DNA of 64,000 nucleotides from Antedon mediterranea (taxonomy: Eukaryota > Animalia > Echinodermata). The notes beneath the pieces were generated by a model. It had not been told where the DNA came from. It was given only the letters and a program-made list of their open reading frames with translations, and did not search any database. A program made the translations under genes and the position numbers. The stretch covers positions 19,840,001 to 19,904,000 of the forward strand of contig NC_092671.1 of NCBI RefSeq assembly GCF_964355755.1, in the 5' to 3' direction. How positions within the stretch are numbered: the stretch's first letter is position 1; each line of letters starts with the position of its first letter. This document shows, piece after piece, positions 1 through 11,804 of the stretch.

Positions 1-1095
1 CCCAAAGCTACGAAAGCGTCACCACATAAACTTAACAGTAGTGAGATTCCGCGAAACATAAACGATGATTCTACTAGTTTTGAATATCATATAAATGGTG
101 ATTTGGAAAGAGCTTTGCTTTCAGAAGATTACATGGAACTCAGAAGATCAATCGAAAATTTGACTGCGGTTATTTCACAAATTCCATTAGCTGTTTCACA
201 AGGTTCTTCGTGTAGTGTCTCACTTGTTGGAAGAAGTGATTCTTCAAGTGATCAAGACGAATACTTGTTTAGGAGTGTTCCAAGTATCAATGTAAGTGAT
301 CAATTTGATGAGATGAATATCAGTGGTTCTGAGGAAATAGAGAGTAAGTCTGGAAAAAGAAAAAGGAAACGAACCTCAGTTCATAATTATCTTTCTGTTA
401 ACACTGGAAATTTGTCTACGAGTTCAGATGAAGAACCTGCAACGGTATATGACAACACTTTAGACGTTGCTTTTAACATCGACACTTCTGGAAATGAAAG
501 CGATTCAAAAGGCTATAACAAAGTCGATAGAACAAAGCGTTCATATAGTCGAGAAATAGCGGAAAGTGAAAATGAATACGATTCTTTACAAATTTCCGTT
601 GGTCATAGTTCATCGCTTGATAAAGTGTATACACAACCACGTAATGAACAGCCAAAAGATGAATGCGATTCAAACTATCTAGAAACAAAAGTTGTAAATC
701 TAAATAAACTTCATCTAACAAATGAAGTCAGTGGACAGAAAATAAACATAGATGACCAATATTTACAAGTGAGAATTACTGAAAATAACAAGGAAAGCAA
801 TGCCGCCAAGTCTAATATTGAACTTGAATCAAAATATCTGGAAACAATTCCATTTATAAAGAAACAAAATCAATCTGTAAAGAAACTAGAAAAAAATGAA
901 AACAAGGAATTCTTAAAAAGTCATTCTACTGAAGAAGTGCATTCCAGATCATCAGATTTAAAAATCACGAATGAACCTGAATCAGCCTTTACTTTGGAAA
1001 AGTTAGAAAATTCAAAAAAAGATCAGAAACAATCAATCACCATCGAGATGAAGTCTAAAATTCCAATAAGAGTCAACAAAAAGTATTCTATTTAA
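1..1095 (+). CDS. Terminal exon of an unidentified host gene; Ser/Glu/Lys-rich, probably disordered, with basic NLS-like motif and C-terminal SxIP
   Basis: Frame is open from base 1 (PKATKASPHK...) to TAA 1093-1095; GKRKRKR and KSKIPIR motifs; AATAAA at ~1306 and ~1326 downstream. Confidence 0.65.
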   Translation, partial: PKATKASPHKLNSSEIPRNINDDSTSFEYHINGDLERALLSEDYMELRRSIENLTAVISQIPLAVSQGSSCSVSLVGRSDSSSDQDEYLFRSVPSINVSDQFDEMNISGSEEIESKSGKRKRKRTSVHNYLSVNTGNLSTSSDEEPATVYDNTLDVAFNIDTSGNESDSKGYNKVDRTKRSYSREIAESENEYDSLQISVGHSSSLDKVYTQPRNEQPKDECDSNYLETKVVNLNKLHLTNEVSGQKINIDDQYLQVRITENNKESNAAKSNIELESKYLETIPFIKKQNQSVKKLEKNENKEFLKSHSTEEVHSRSSDLKITNEPESAFTLEKLENSKKDQKQSITIEMKSKIPIRVNKKYSI

Positions 1096-1572
1096 GATCA
1101 AACTTTTATTTTATAATGAGTTTATAGAGAGTTTTTTTTTTAAAGTTAGTTTAATAATAATTGGTCACGACAGTATTTAAAAGAAACGTTGAAATAATAG
1201 TAATTACAATGCTTTAGGTTTCCTGTAAATAATGTGATTTTGATAATTATACAGTTTTATAAAATAATATGAAATCGTTGTAAAATATAGATATGTAATT
1301 TAAATAATAAAGTTAAAAATACTGTAATAAAGTGTTAAATTAGTAATTATTGCATTATCCGTGCATACAACGCTGCGATGTTCAAGACAGATTATGTACT
1401 TATTGTGAATAGAATGATTTTTACCCAAGCTTATTAAGCATAAACACCTGTTAGGGCCAGGGATTGGGAAAAATGATAGTTAGTATTTTAATTTTGTTTA
1501 TGAAGTCACAGTTATTATCCGAAACTCACAAAATTGAACTCAATGATCTATGATCAAAATCTTACGTAAAGG

Positions 1573-1601
1573 CAGAGAAGAGTGAATTTCACTCTTCCTT
1601 G
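1573..1601. repeat. 29-bp hairpin with 7-bp TSD (putative P-superfamily excision footprint)
   Basis: gtaaagg-CAGAGAAGAGTGAATTTCACTCTTCCTTG-ttaaagg; related to the 52711 hairpin. Confidence 0.6.
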
Positions 1602-3090
1602 TTAAAGGTCAAAATCTACAAAATACTATTTTAGCCTAAATATTCGCCTACAGGCTACACGTTTTATCTGAATCTCCCCACAACATCTGGGGTGGTTACA
1701 TTTTGAGGACAGTATGATTGGAAGTCAAGGTCGCAATCCAAAACTAGGATTATATTATAATATCACATGCATTGAATAATGAAATCGAGTTGTTTAAGGA
1801 ACTAGAGAAATGTAGTGGTGTGATGTACGCAAAATAACTATGTTATATACTGTAACATGGTTTATTAAATCAACTTTTTATTTATTAGGTAGAAACACCA
1901 CCACTGGTTGATATTCTTTGATTTTCCTTTACATATAACATTATATAACAAATCCGATGTAATGCTGCTGCACATGTCTTCTGGTACCACAAAGAGCTAC
2001 TTACTGTAGTGCCAATAAGAGTCTTGAAAAGTTATAAACACACAAGTTTATAGATGAAAATTTAAGCTTTATTAGTAAATACAAATTGCAAGTAAAATAT
2101 CAAAAATCATTAGTGCTATAAACCTTCTAAAAAAGTGTTATCATACCATTTTACTTCTCATCTGTAATTTTAAAAGAGTCGGGGGGGGGGGGGAGAATTG
2201 TTTATTGTTGTCTATGCAGTACATTTTTTCTACTACATGCAAAATTACCTTTCAATATAGCCACATTTTTTCTTCTTTTCTAAATGCCCCACTTTTCCTC
2301 TATAGGATGTTTGTTCGTTATTATACAATATGTTTATTGCACGCGTTCATATGGGGTATTAATGTCAATGACCGCATTAAACTATATTTTAAAAAAATCC
2401 TCGGGTGCAGGGGTCGAGGTATTGGATGAGTTGCTGGGGCTAGGGTAGCGGTATCAAAATGACCAGAATTATACTAGGAAGGTTGTAACTATTTGAATCA
2501 CTCTGTTCGAGGTGAGTAATGAAGTATAACAATTACCAAAATCGTACTGAGAATGTTTTAAATCTCATTTTAAAACCGGCACGGATGGATTGTGGGGAGT
2601 AATGGGATACCAACAAAACCAAATTTTTGTTCGGGGAATGTGTAGTGTGGTGTTGTGTTGACAGGTTTCTTCTAGTAATTTACAAATCTCTCATGAGAAC
2701 CGGGAAATACATAACACTAATCAACATAATGCATGTACTGTATTTCAGAAGAAGGCACTTATTTGTTTATATTGCCTCAAAAATGAATTGTGTAAAAAAA
2801 ATGTTGGTATTTCAATTGAAAATCAGGACAAATTACCATCTTTCAATTATTTTGTTCCATACATTTGAATCTCAACATATAATAAAATTGCTTTCATTGC
2901 ACAGTCGAAATACAAATTGAGAGGATATAAGAGATAAAATGAGATGCCTCGATGCATAAATAACAATTCATTATTCATTTAAGATAGGCCTAATTCAAAT
3001 TAGGCAAAAATAATTAGTTAAAATTCTAATTATAATGCTTATATTAAACTAGAAATTGCAAAGCGCAAGTGAGTGATTCAATGACGCCGA

Positions 3091-3310
3091 AAGTGGAGTT
3101 GTGGTTTGGTGGTTATGATGCTTGGCTACCACTCTAAGGGTTTTGGCTTTAAGTCCCGTCACATGTCAGGACACAATTACAACTCCACTCTCTAAGACTT
3201 TGTTTATGTAGAGCATCTTGTGTATATGTTTGTCTTGTGAACATCTGAGGGTCCCTAATGATCGGCAATTGCTGGATGGATCACCCTCATTAAATATGGT
3301 TTAAAAAAAT
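3091..3310 (+). mobile_element. tRNA-derived SINE
   Basis: tRNA-like head with degenerate A/B boxes; homologous to the inverted copy at 29885-30145 and a 3' fragment near 38750-38815. Confidence 0.75.
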
Positions 3311-4363
3311 TAGAATATTAGAACTACCAAGGATTATACATAACAGTATATAATCGTTTCCTGCAGAAGTTCATTTCACTCGCAGAGAGCAAACGACGTA
3401 AAATTTAAAGCCACTAGACCTAAGGTCACAAACTACATTTTATGTGAAAAGTAAATACTATATGAACCTATTGCGATAATTTTTTCTGTCCGTTAAAAGG
3501 TGAAAAATAAGTCGATTCTAATAGTTTAAGAGGCCCGCTATAAATACCAGAATGCACCACGCGCGGATTGATATTTCATTATTTTTTATGCACTCACTTT
3601 CGAACGATCGTGAAAAGGGTAAACAAATAAAAGAACCGTAAATTTTCAGCGAAAATAACAGGCCTCCAATTTATATATAGCAGATTTTGCAATAACAACG
3701 TCAGGCCTAGCGTGCCTACGATGTTAGTAGGCGCTACTACGTAACTGCTCAGCTAGGCCTACAAAACTAAGCCTAAGCCTAGACCCTCTACGAAAGAAAA
3801 TTTGAATCCGGGATGATTCGGCCCGGAGACGATTCGGTCCAAGACGATTTGGCCCACTCCCACTTTGTCTCACTGTAGACCAAATTCATATTCATTTTTG
3901 TGAAAGGTGTTTAACAATCCGCATTTTATTAATATTGACAATGTTGACAACGTAATTTTATAATCAATTTATTACTTTGTTTATGTCGTGCATTTGCCAA
4001 GCGGCCAACAGAGGGCGTTTGGGGAAAAAGCTTATTTTATGCTTATAAAATGCATATCAAAGCCGATAAATTTAAGTGTTCCGAATCGTTTAATTATAGG
4101 TAGTGCGTTGTTTCTCTTTTTTTACGATGCTGCTCTAGCCCGCTACGTCACAAGAGATGACGTAATCCGATATAAAGCAAGCAGCAGTTTTAGTACTGAG
4201 GGACTGACATTTTTGCGAAAATGAAAACTCCACTATAATTTAGCTGCTAGACCCAAAAAATGTCTGGGAAAAGAGTCTAACGGTTGAATGACAAATCCCA
4301 AAGCATTTCTGGTATTTATGAGTACTGTAAATCAAAACAGTCCATGAAAGTTTTTGTTTGTAC

Positions 4364-4389
4364 TATGGAACTATAATTATAGTTCCATG
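4364..4389. repeat. 26-bp hairpin with 7-bp TSD (putative P-superfamily excision footprint)
   Basis: tttgtac-TATGGAACTATAATTATAGTTCCATG-tttgtac. Confidence 0.7.
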
Positions 4390-4877
4390 TTTGTACTAAA
4401 GTGACAGAAATTGAGTCTGTATTTCATATCAAAGTTATTCACTTCTGTAACAAAAAAATAATATTTATACACATATAAAAAGAGAAAAGAAACGTTTAAT
4501 TATAACTATTATGTGACAATAAAATGACACATTTAAAATCAAATTTGAAATAAAATATATTTTTCAGAGGGACAATATATCTTTAAAACTGTTACGTCAA
4601 TAAGCGAGCAGTGTTTTTTGTAAAAAATATTTCTTGTTTAATCATACTTAACCATAAAACGTACATTTAAGACAAGGAATGACCTGGTTTAATGTTTTTA
4701 AAGGTGTATATGCATTATTGTTACAAAATGTCAAAAATTGAAATTAAATCATTAACCTAGGCCATTTTTCGGACCTGACAAGTAGCCTAATGAAGCGTGA
4801 TGCGCACGGGAAGTCAAAATGCTGTTAAGAATAATATAAATAGTTCCAAACTTTGTCGATAATAAATGTATTATAGG

Positions 4878-5596
4878 AACAAGGCCATATAGATGGCTGC
4901 AGTCGCATGCTCAAGAGTGTTTACTGACCAACCGACCGACCAACTGACCGATTAACCAACAGAAATTGCTGAACATGTATAAAAATGTTGAAAAAAACAT
5001 ATTTTTTATCTTTTTTATTTACACGTGCGTAGCCTGTCACTTTTGACGTGCTCGTATAACGTAATTTCGAGTTGAAAAGTAAATCAAATATGATGATATT
5101 ATTAAAGAAAGGTTGTAAAACACAAATCGAGCAAAAAAAGTGTATACTAACATTTACCGCGCAGTGCGCGTGCAAAAATCTGCGCACTCATGGCAATTTT
5201 TTAAATGCTTAAAATTGCCTTAAACGTTGTCTTATTTCATCGAGAAAAAAAATGAAAATTTTAAGCGCGCGTACGCATGCGTTAAATGCGCTACGCACGT
5301 AATTGTATTGCCATATGATGATTTATGCCATGAAATTTATGAGTACCAAATTTTATTTAATTGCAGTCATGCTTGTGAAGATATGGTTATAACAAACGTG
5401 ATTTCGTTAAATCGTGCGTAGACCGCGATTGCGCAACGTGAAAACATAACCAAATTGATTCCTGGCCATAAGGAATATACTGTGAAAAATTGACTTAGCT
5501 AGATGAAACTGATATCAAGACAAGGCCATATACAAGTTAGTGTTTACCGACCGACCGACATAGTGAGCTGTAGAGTCGCGTTGCACGCGACTAAAA
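4878..5596 (-). mobile_element. Helentron-associated interspersed element (HINE/DINE-1-like)
   Basis: Sub-terminal AGTCGCG..CGCGACT hairpin, (GACC)n microsatellite, GCCAT-ctat-ATGGC terminal stem-loop, T-run target; homologous to 57497-58222 and 41581-41760. Confidence 0.75.
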
Positions 5597-5988
5597 ATAA
5601 AAATTACGTAATTGAAATTACTTTAAATATCTTAATTAAAAACAAATACCTATAAATAGTAAATGTTGCATGTTAATTAAAAGATTCAACTGATTTTCGA
5701 TTTTATTTTCGATGTAAAAACAAACAATCAACAAAAGCAAAGATGATAATGCGTAGAAGAGGCGAGGCCACTAAAATGTCATAATTTAGCAGCAATCGTT
5801 TTTCATTTTCAAAACGTTGTTGTACTTTAGACCACTGTCATCATCTGTTGAAGAGATAGAAATTATAATATAATGATATAAAACCATACCTTATTATTTT
5901 AATAATGATTATGTTTGTAGATAAATGCGCATATGACCAATAAGAAACCAAAATCCATAAACATAGTGTACACAAGACCGGCAAACCA

Positions 5989-7124
5989 GAGACATTTGGT
6001 TAGATGAACTAGGTAGCAATATCTAACTATAATGGTGTGGAGGGTTACCTAAAGTCAATAAAAATGGGGTACCCCCGCTGCGTATGGACGTGGGGGACCC
6101 CGAAATGTGCTACAAAAATCGGTACCAGTTAGATGAGAGAGATACCACCTAATTTCATCACCATGAGATGCCCATTGACATCCTCATACAAGTGTTATGC
6201 TTGCCATCATTTTAATTTGGGGTGGGGGGATAAGGGGCTGTCAGGTTTAAGGCAGTGTAGTAGAGGACTGTAACTCTACAGTAGGTCTTTTGGTATTCCT
6301 TACAATGTGTCATATAACATTGGTTGCTGGTGGTATCGGCAATTATTTGTGGGGGTCTCTATTTTATTTTTAGCAGGATTTGTCAGGACCAAGGGAGTGC
6401 CTAGGTGGTCTGTAATAAGGCATTTGCTATCCTTACAATGTGCCAGATCATATGATATTGTTTGCTGGTGGTATCTACAATATCTAAGATAGCTAGTTGG
6501 GGGTGGGGACTGGATGTGGGAGGGGTGTCTCTAGTCAAACTTTATCGGTGTCTGTCAGGGCCAAGTGTATAAGTGGTCTGTGATAGGTCATTTGGTATTT
6601 CTTACAATGTGGTAAATGATATAATATTGATTGCTGGTGGTATCTACAATATATAAGATAGCCAAGTTGGGGGAAGATAGGGTCTCTAGTCAAATTTTAG
6701 GATGTCTGGTACTTGCGATGCAGTGGAAAATTAGTCTGTTGTTACCCATTAGGTATTGTATGAACTCTTTTTCATTTGGCATTACTGTATTTGTGAGTGT
6801 TACCTATGCTATCCTCCTTTTTTAAGCCCTCTGTATAGGGGTCTGGCGGGCCTATTGCAGCGGATAAAATGTCTGTCGTTTGTGATTTTGGTATGAGGAT
6901 GTCAATAGGCATCTCATGGTGGTGACATTTAATAGGTGGTATTTCTCTCGTCTCTCTGGTACCATTTATTGCTAAGCACCTTTCGTGGTCCCCCGGTCTA
7001 TACGCAGCGGTGTGTGTGTGTGGGGGGGGGGGGGGTACTCGGCAGACTTTCTTTGAATTCAAGTAACCCCCTAAACACTTACATATTCAGATATTGGTAC
7101 TTAGGTCATCTAACCAAATGTCTC
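5989..7124. mobile_element. Unclassified non-autonomous TIR element
   Basis: ~200-bp degenerate inverted repeats (GAGACATTTGGTTAGATG... / ...CATCTAACCAAATGTCTC); no clear TSD. Confidence 0.6.
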
Positions 7125-7480
7125 GTGATACACATATCGAACAAAAAATTACAATTAATTGTATTAAAATATCAAAAGATACTGTATGAAAATACACCGG
7201 GATAATATAATGTATTTGCAGCGAAATACCAAGCAATAAACTGGCAGGAAACTTAATTCCATACTGAACACGGCAATATAAAGTAACAATTATCTCATGT
7301 CACTTATAAATCGAAGTGCCGGAAACGCGTTTACAAGCGCTATTCGGTAATTGTGATTGGGCGAATTACTTACGAATGGGTTACATTGTGTACCGAACCA
7401 ATTGAAATTGATAAGTGCCTTACCCAGTCGTAGACTGATGTACCTAAATGTTTTAGTGAAAAAAAACCCGAATAACTCAC

Positions 7481-7684
7481 ACAGCCAGTTGTCCTCACTA
7501 GTTCCAACAGTCTTGAAGTCCGGCAAACTTTTTGTGATCGAGTCCCAGGTATCTTTACTGATAAACTCCCACGATGCACCATAATCCTTACTACGCATGT
7601 AACTGCGCATATCCATGTGAATGCCATAGATATGTCCTATGGGTTGGTTGGAACCAAGGACATTGTGCAGGTACATTGGCAGAG
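7481..7684 (-). CDS. Host gene exon (C-terminal region with Asp-box/BNR-like SKDYGASW); downstream end of gene uncertain
   Basis: ttcattAG acceptor at 7685, phase 1 matches previous exon; GTGAGT donor at 7480, or read-through to stop at 7290. Confidence 0.7.
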
Positions 7685-8064
7685 CTAATGAAGAATATTG
7701 ATACTTGCGGTATATGGTAATAATTGTATTGGGAAATGTATAGAAACATAGCATTTTTTTGAACTTGCAATTCTCTGTTAAAATAAACATGTGTACTTTA
7801 ACATAGAAAGGTGAGTAATAATACAGAATCAAAACAAATACTAGTTATACAGTAAGAGCGCGCTAGGCGTTCAGGTCAAAATGTATTGACAATTAAAAGA
7901 AACCTATATTTATACCAGAGCCACTAACCCTGCATTGTTCGTTAGTGTTATTAAATCGATTCACATGTCAGGTATCCCTAATGACCTGTGAGCTTTAATG
8001 TAGGGGAAGTACTGAGTGTCTTAGACATTGTCAATGTTTGAAGGACTATTATCCATTGCCTTAC

Positions 8065-8217
8065 CTTTCCAGTTTCCATCTGGTGGATAATCTTGTACAT
8101 AGCAGGACGGAATAACAATGTCTGCTAGACGTCCACTTGAAGGGTTGCAAGCAAAGATCACGTAACTAACTGCATCGTCCAACTTCTTAGTTATGACAAA
8201 ACCCCGATCGTAATAAT
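8065..8217 (-). CDS. Host gene exon (DYYDRGFVITKK...DGNWK)
   Basis: ctgcAG acceptor, GTAAGG donor, phase 1-1. Confidence 0.8.
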
Positions 8218-8422
8218 CTGCAGAATTATATGCAATTATTATGTGGAAAATTTCTCCGTAAATACTCACGAGATTTACTATTTCCCATGGGTGTTTTTAC
8301 ATTGTTTTTATACTACATTAATTTAAATATGCGTTACATTTGTAACATTTTAATAATGTATTTACTTAGAATTGACGAGTAATTTGACCCAAGGGACGGA
8401 TCGTTCAAAAATTCCAACTTAC

Positions 8423-8617
8423 CTATAACTGGACAGTTAGTAGGATTACGGACGCACACACTATGTTTCCCGTCTTCACATTTATAAGCGCCAGCAACGC
8501 AACAGTCGCATTGATTAGATCCCGAGTCGTAATGGCATACACATGTCTGAGTGTTCGCCCATTTGCTGTACCTCATCATGGGTTCTTTCGCAGGGTTTGG
8601 CGGGCATACATTTTCCT
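8423..8617 (-). CDS. Host gene exon, Cys-rich module (CPPNP..CVCH..CDCC..C..CVRNPTNC)
   Basis: ttcttcAG acceptor, GTAAGT donor, phase 1-1. Confidence 0.85.
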
Positions 8618-9017
8618 CTGAAGAAAAAATACCATTGCGATAAATAAAACTTTTTTTTGCCGAAATCGTTTTAACAGATAGTGTGACATATTTACAGCCG
8701 TTTACGATAGTAGAGCATTGTAGCTACTTTGTTGGAAAAAAAGCCTATAAACAATTTGGCAGGGTTCTATATTTTTTTCTATGTTATTGTTTTTATTCTG
8801 TTGAGTGATGTATAGGTATCACTTTTACTTAAGAATTGGCCATTAAGTTTTAATACGTACTAAAGTATTTAACAGAAATACATAAAAGGTTTGGTAAGCA
8901 TGACTCAGAAACGTATAGATTTTCACATTAGTGTTTTAACGATTTAATTGTGGAAACATTTAACGAACCAATTTGGCGCCTTCTCTGTGTTGAACAATTA
9001 AATAACCATGAAACTAC

Positions 9018-9231
9018 CTTCTTGAATAGGATATTCGCAGATAGCTGGTAGGATAGCGGTACAATCCATAATGTCCCAGTCCCCTAGATCAGTACTGACA
9101 TCTCTTGCATCATATACGTCTATAAAAGCCGCAGCTGCACAGTCTTCAGTCACGCTGTTCCATGGTCTGTTTGGTAGCCATTTTGTGTAAGACGCTGTCG
9201 AACCGTCTATCCACTTAAAAACATTATTACT
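9018..9231 (-). CDS. Host gene exon, C-type lectin domain C-terminal half
   Basis: FKWIDGSTASYTKWLPNRP...EDCA...WDIMDC...AICE; phase 0-1 splice sites. Confidence 0.9.
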
Positions 9232-9509
9232 CTAAAACAATGTACATAGTCATATCAATAAACCAGACTTATGTTAAACTGTACAATATCATATTTAAAT
9301 TATTGTTACTGGTATCTTAAATTATATGGCAATAACTTTGCCGTGGGATATTTTCAACGACGACCATATCAGTGTTTACCAATTTGTACTTAATAGTTAG
9401 TTTAGTTAATTTCTGTAAGGTAGTGCGTACTTATTAGTCTTTAATCATTGTTTATGACTGACACTTTATGACGCATGGAAGTAAAACACAATATCCATGT
9501 CATACTCAC

Positions 9510-9721
9510 TCCAACGTCTTTCAGGCCAATCCAGTATTTGTAAGGAGATAGTATTGGAACAAGACCGCGAAGGAATTGTTGTTCAAAAGCATCTTCAATC
9601 ATGACTAATTGCGCAAAGTCTTCTTCACACGCCACATTTGCTGCATCCCAACTTTCTAGCGTGCTGTTGAACACTTGGTAACACGTTTTCATGTAAGGTG
9701 TATAACCCGAACGACATAAAT
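9510..9721 (-). CDS. Host gene exon, C-type lectin domain N-terminal half
   Basis: CRSGYTPYMKTCYQVF..SWDAANVAC...LVMIED..EQQFL...YWIGLKD; phase 1-0, GTGAGT donor. Confidence 0.9.
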
Positions 9722-9895
9722 CTAAGTCGAAGTATAAGAGGTATTATATTATTACTAGAGTAAATATCCAATACTCTGATTTTTGTTGTTGTTAGTCCAC
9801 TCAGTATCACAGATAATTTCTCTAATAAAACTTATTGCCTGGGTTTATAAGACACATGCGACGCTGTATCTATAATTTGTTTATGTTACTAGATA

Positions 9896-9931
9896 CATAG
9901 AGATATTATAGTTCACTATAATATCTCTATG
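9896..9931. repeat. 36-bp hairpin with 7-bp TSD (putative P-superfamily excision footprint)
   Basis: ctagata-CATAGAGATATTATAGTTCACTATAATATCTCTATG-gtagata; same family as 11770. Confidence 0.7.
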
Positions 9932-10144
9932 GTAGATACCGTAGCGCCATGAGCTCCACATGGGTGGGGGACACGGCGCTATACAAGTTTTCTTTTTATA
10001 TTATTATTATTTATTATTATTACAATTGATGTGCCGCAGAATTTCACCACATCCAGTCTCCAGGCCGGCTTGGTGCATTCCTTTTACGAGGTTTCCACGT
10101 TCAACCTATACAAACTCTTAATAATGTGTACAACATAAACTTAC

Positions 10145-10346
10145 CACCTCCAGAATCTGGTCTATCCGAATACTTAAATTGAAAATGACTTGTGGAACTT
10201 AAAACTTTAGCACTATTTATAGTTGAGAACCACAGCAAATCAGCCAGCCCAGCAAAGCGATGAGTGCCTGCAGCACTGTTTCCATTTTTGTCTATTCCTA
10301 GACGTACACGGAAGGTTGGTTTTGCCGCAATCGGAATAGTTCCAAG
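10145..10346 (-). CDS. Host gene exon (LGTIPIAAKPTFRV...DSGG)
   Basis: ttttgcAG acceptor, GTAAGT donor, phase 0-1. Confidence 0.8.
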
Positions 10347-10773
10347 CTGCAAAATACATATGAAATGTTACTTAATACTACACTGTTATTTACTTTTATT
10401 TTTAGAAAACCTCTGCCTACTTATATATAATTCATTTAAGACTTTTACAGAAATATAAACGACCCAGCAATCTGTAATAACATAACAATTTAATTGTTAA
10501 ACATAGAAAAATCAGCAAAAGGTAAAGAGTGTACCTTTGTGCATGATATCCAAGTTTGTTCAATTACGCCGATGGGAATAAGTATAATATATATAATTAG
10601 GATCTATTCTGTGCCTGTGGACAGGAATAAAAGAAATAAAACAATAGAGGCATAAGGCGTGGTGAATAGAGGGTGTAGATAGTATTGTGTATATCAGCTG
10701 GATCTCAATGGAGATACAACAAAAAAGCGAAAAGCTAAATCAAAACGATAAAGTAAAACAGGCAGAAAAGTTA

Positions 10774-10810
10774 GCAGAGCTTTCGGGCAACACTAGCCCT
10801 TCATCAGTGC
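10774..10810 (-). ncRNA. Minimal type I hammerhead ribozyme (3' pLTR)
   Basis: GCA-CUGAUGA-A-GGGC-UAGUGUU-GCCC-GAAA-GC-UC-UGC. Confidence 0.85.
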
Positions 10811-11769
10811 AAGTGAAGGAATTTGGATAACGTCATAGTATAAGAACTTGCAAGTGCTGCCTGGGTGGACAGGAATAAAAGAAATACAACAAAAAGAGAC
10901 AGGGTGTTGAATGGTGGGGGGAGACTGAATAAGAATAGAAAACATAGAAGGTAGCTTGGTAGAGATATAAACAATTTTGGAATGAAACTAAAAAAACAGC
11001 TTAAATGGTGGTTAATATTAAAACTTATATTTTGGTAGTCAATGGAATAATTTTACCGATCAGGGAGTATGTTCCTAATGTTAAGTCCAAAAGGTTTTGT
11101 GGTTTAAGTTGTAATTCCCACTGGTTTTCTTTGTCTTTGCGAGTTTTGTCGCTCCATTTGACATCGCGGTCTATTGCAATAACTCTGAAATTTACAATCG
11201 AGTGACCAGCTAAATTAAAATGTTTGGCTACAGGTTGATCAAGCTTTAATGTTTTGATAGCTGATCTATGTTGTGTCATTCTCATACGGAGAGTGTTTTT
11301 TGTTTCTCCGACGTACTGTTTGCCACAAATATTACAGTATATGAGATAAATGACGTTTTTGGTTAGACAATTAATTGATTGTCTTATCCGAAAAATGCGG
11401 CCAGTTTGGTTACTCAGTAGAATCAACCAATGATCAAGTTTTGCAAGATTTGCCGCAAAGGTGACTGCCCAAATTTTGGCTGTCATGAGAGTTAATTTCA
11501 CTCTTAAATTTGGATCTGACAAATATATCACGAAGGTTGGGAGGTCTACGAAATGCAATAATGGGTGGTTTCGGAAAAACAGTCCTGAGACGTTCTGTGG
11601 ACTGTAGAATGGGCATATGTTTCTCAATAATAGCCCGTAATGGAGGCAACCTAGGGTGATAGGTTTTTGAATTTTTTGGCACACGTGGTTTGTACGTCAG
11701 TGTTTGACACCGAGGAATATCTTTTGCTTTCTTGTAATTTCTATTCCGGAGATGTCCGGTTAGTTCTTC

Positions 11770-11804
11770 CATAGAGATATTATAGTGAACTCAATATCTC
11801 TATG
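11770..11804. repeat. 35-bp hairpin with perfect 7-bp TSD interrupting the Neptune ORF
   Basis: gttcttc-CATAGAGATATTATAGTGAACTCAATATCTCTATG-gttcttc; removing 42 nt restores ...NRTEELTGHL... Confidence 0.85.

Noticed and set aside
7444-7480. Possible 37-nt GT-AG intron followed by a short exon
   Set aside because: Very short for a metazoan intron; read-through to the stop at 7290 or a more distal exon cannot be excluded without RNA data
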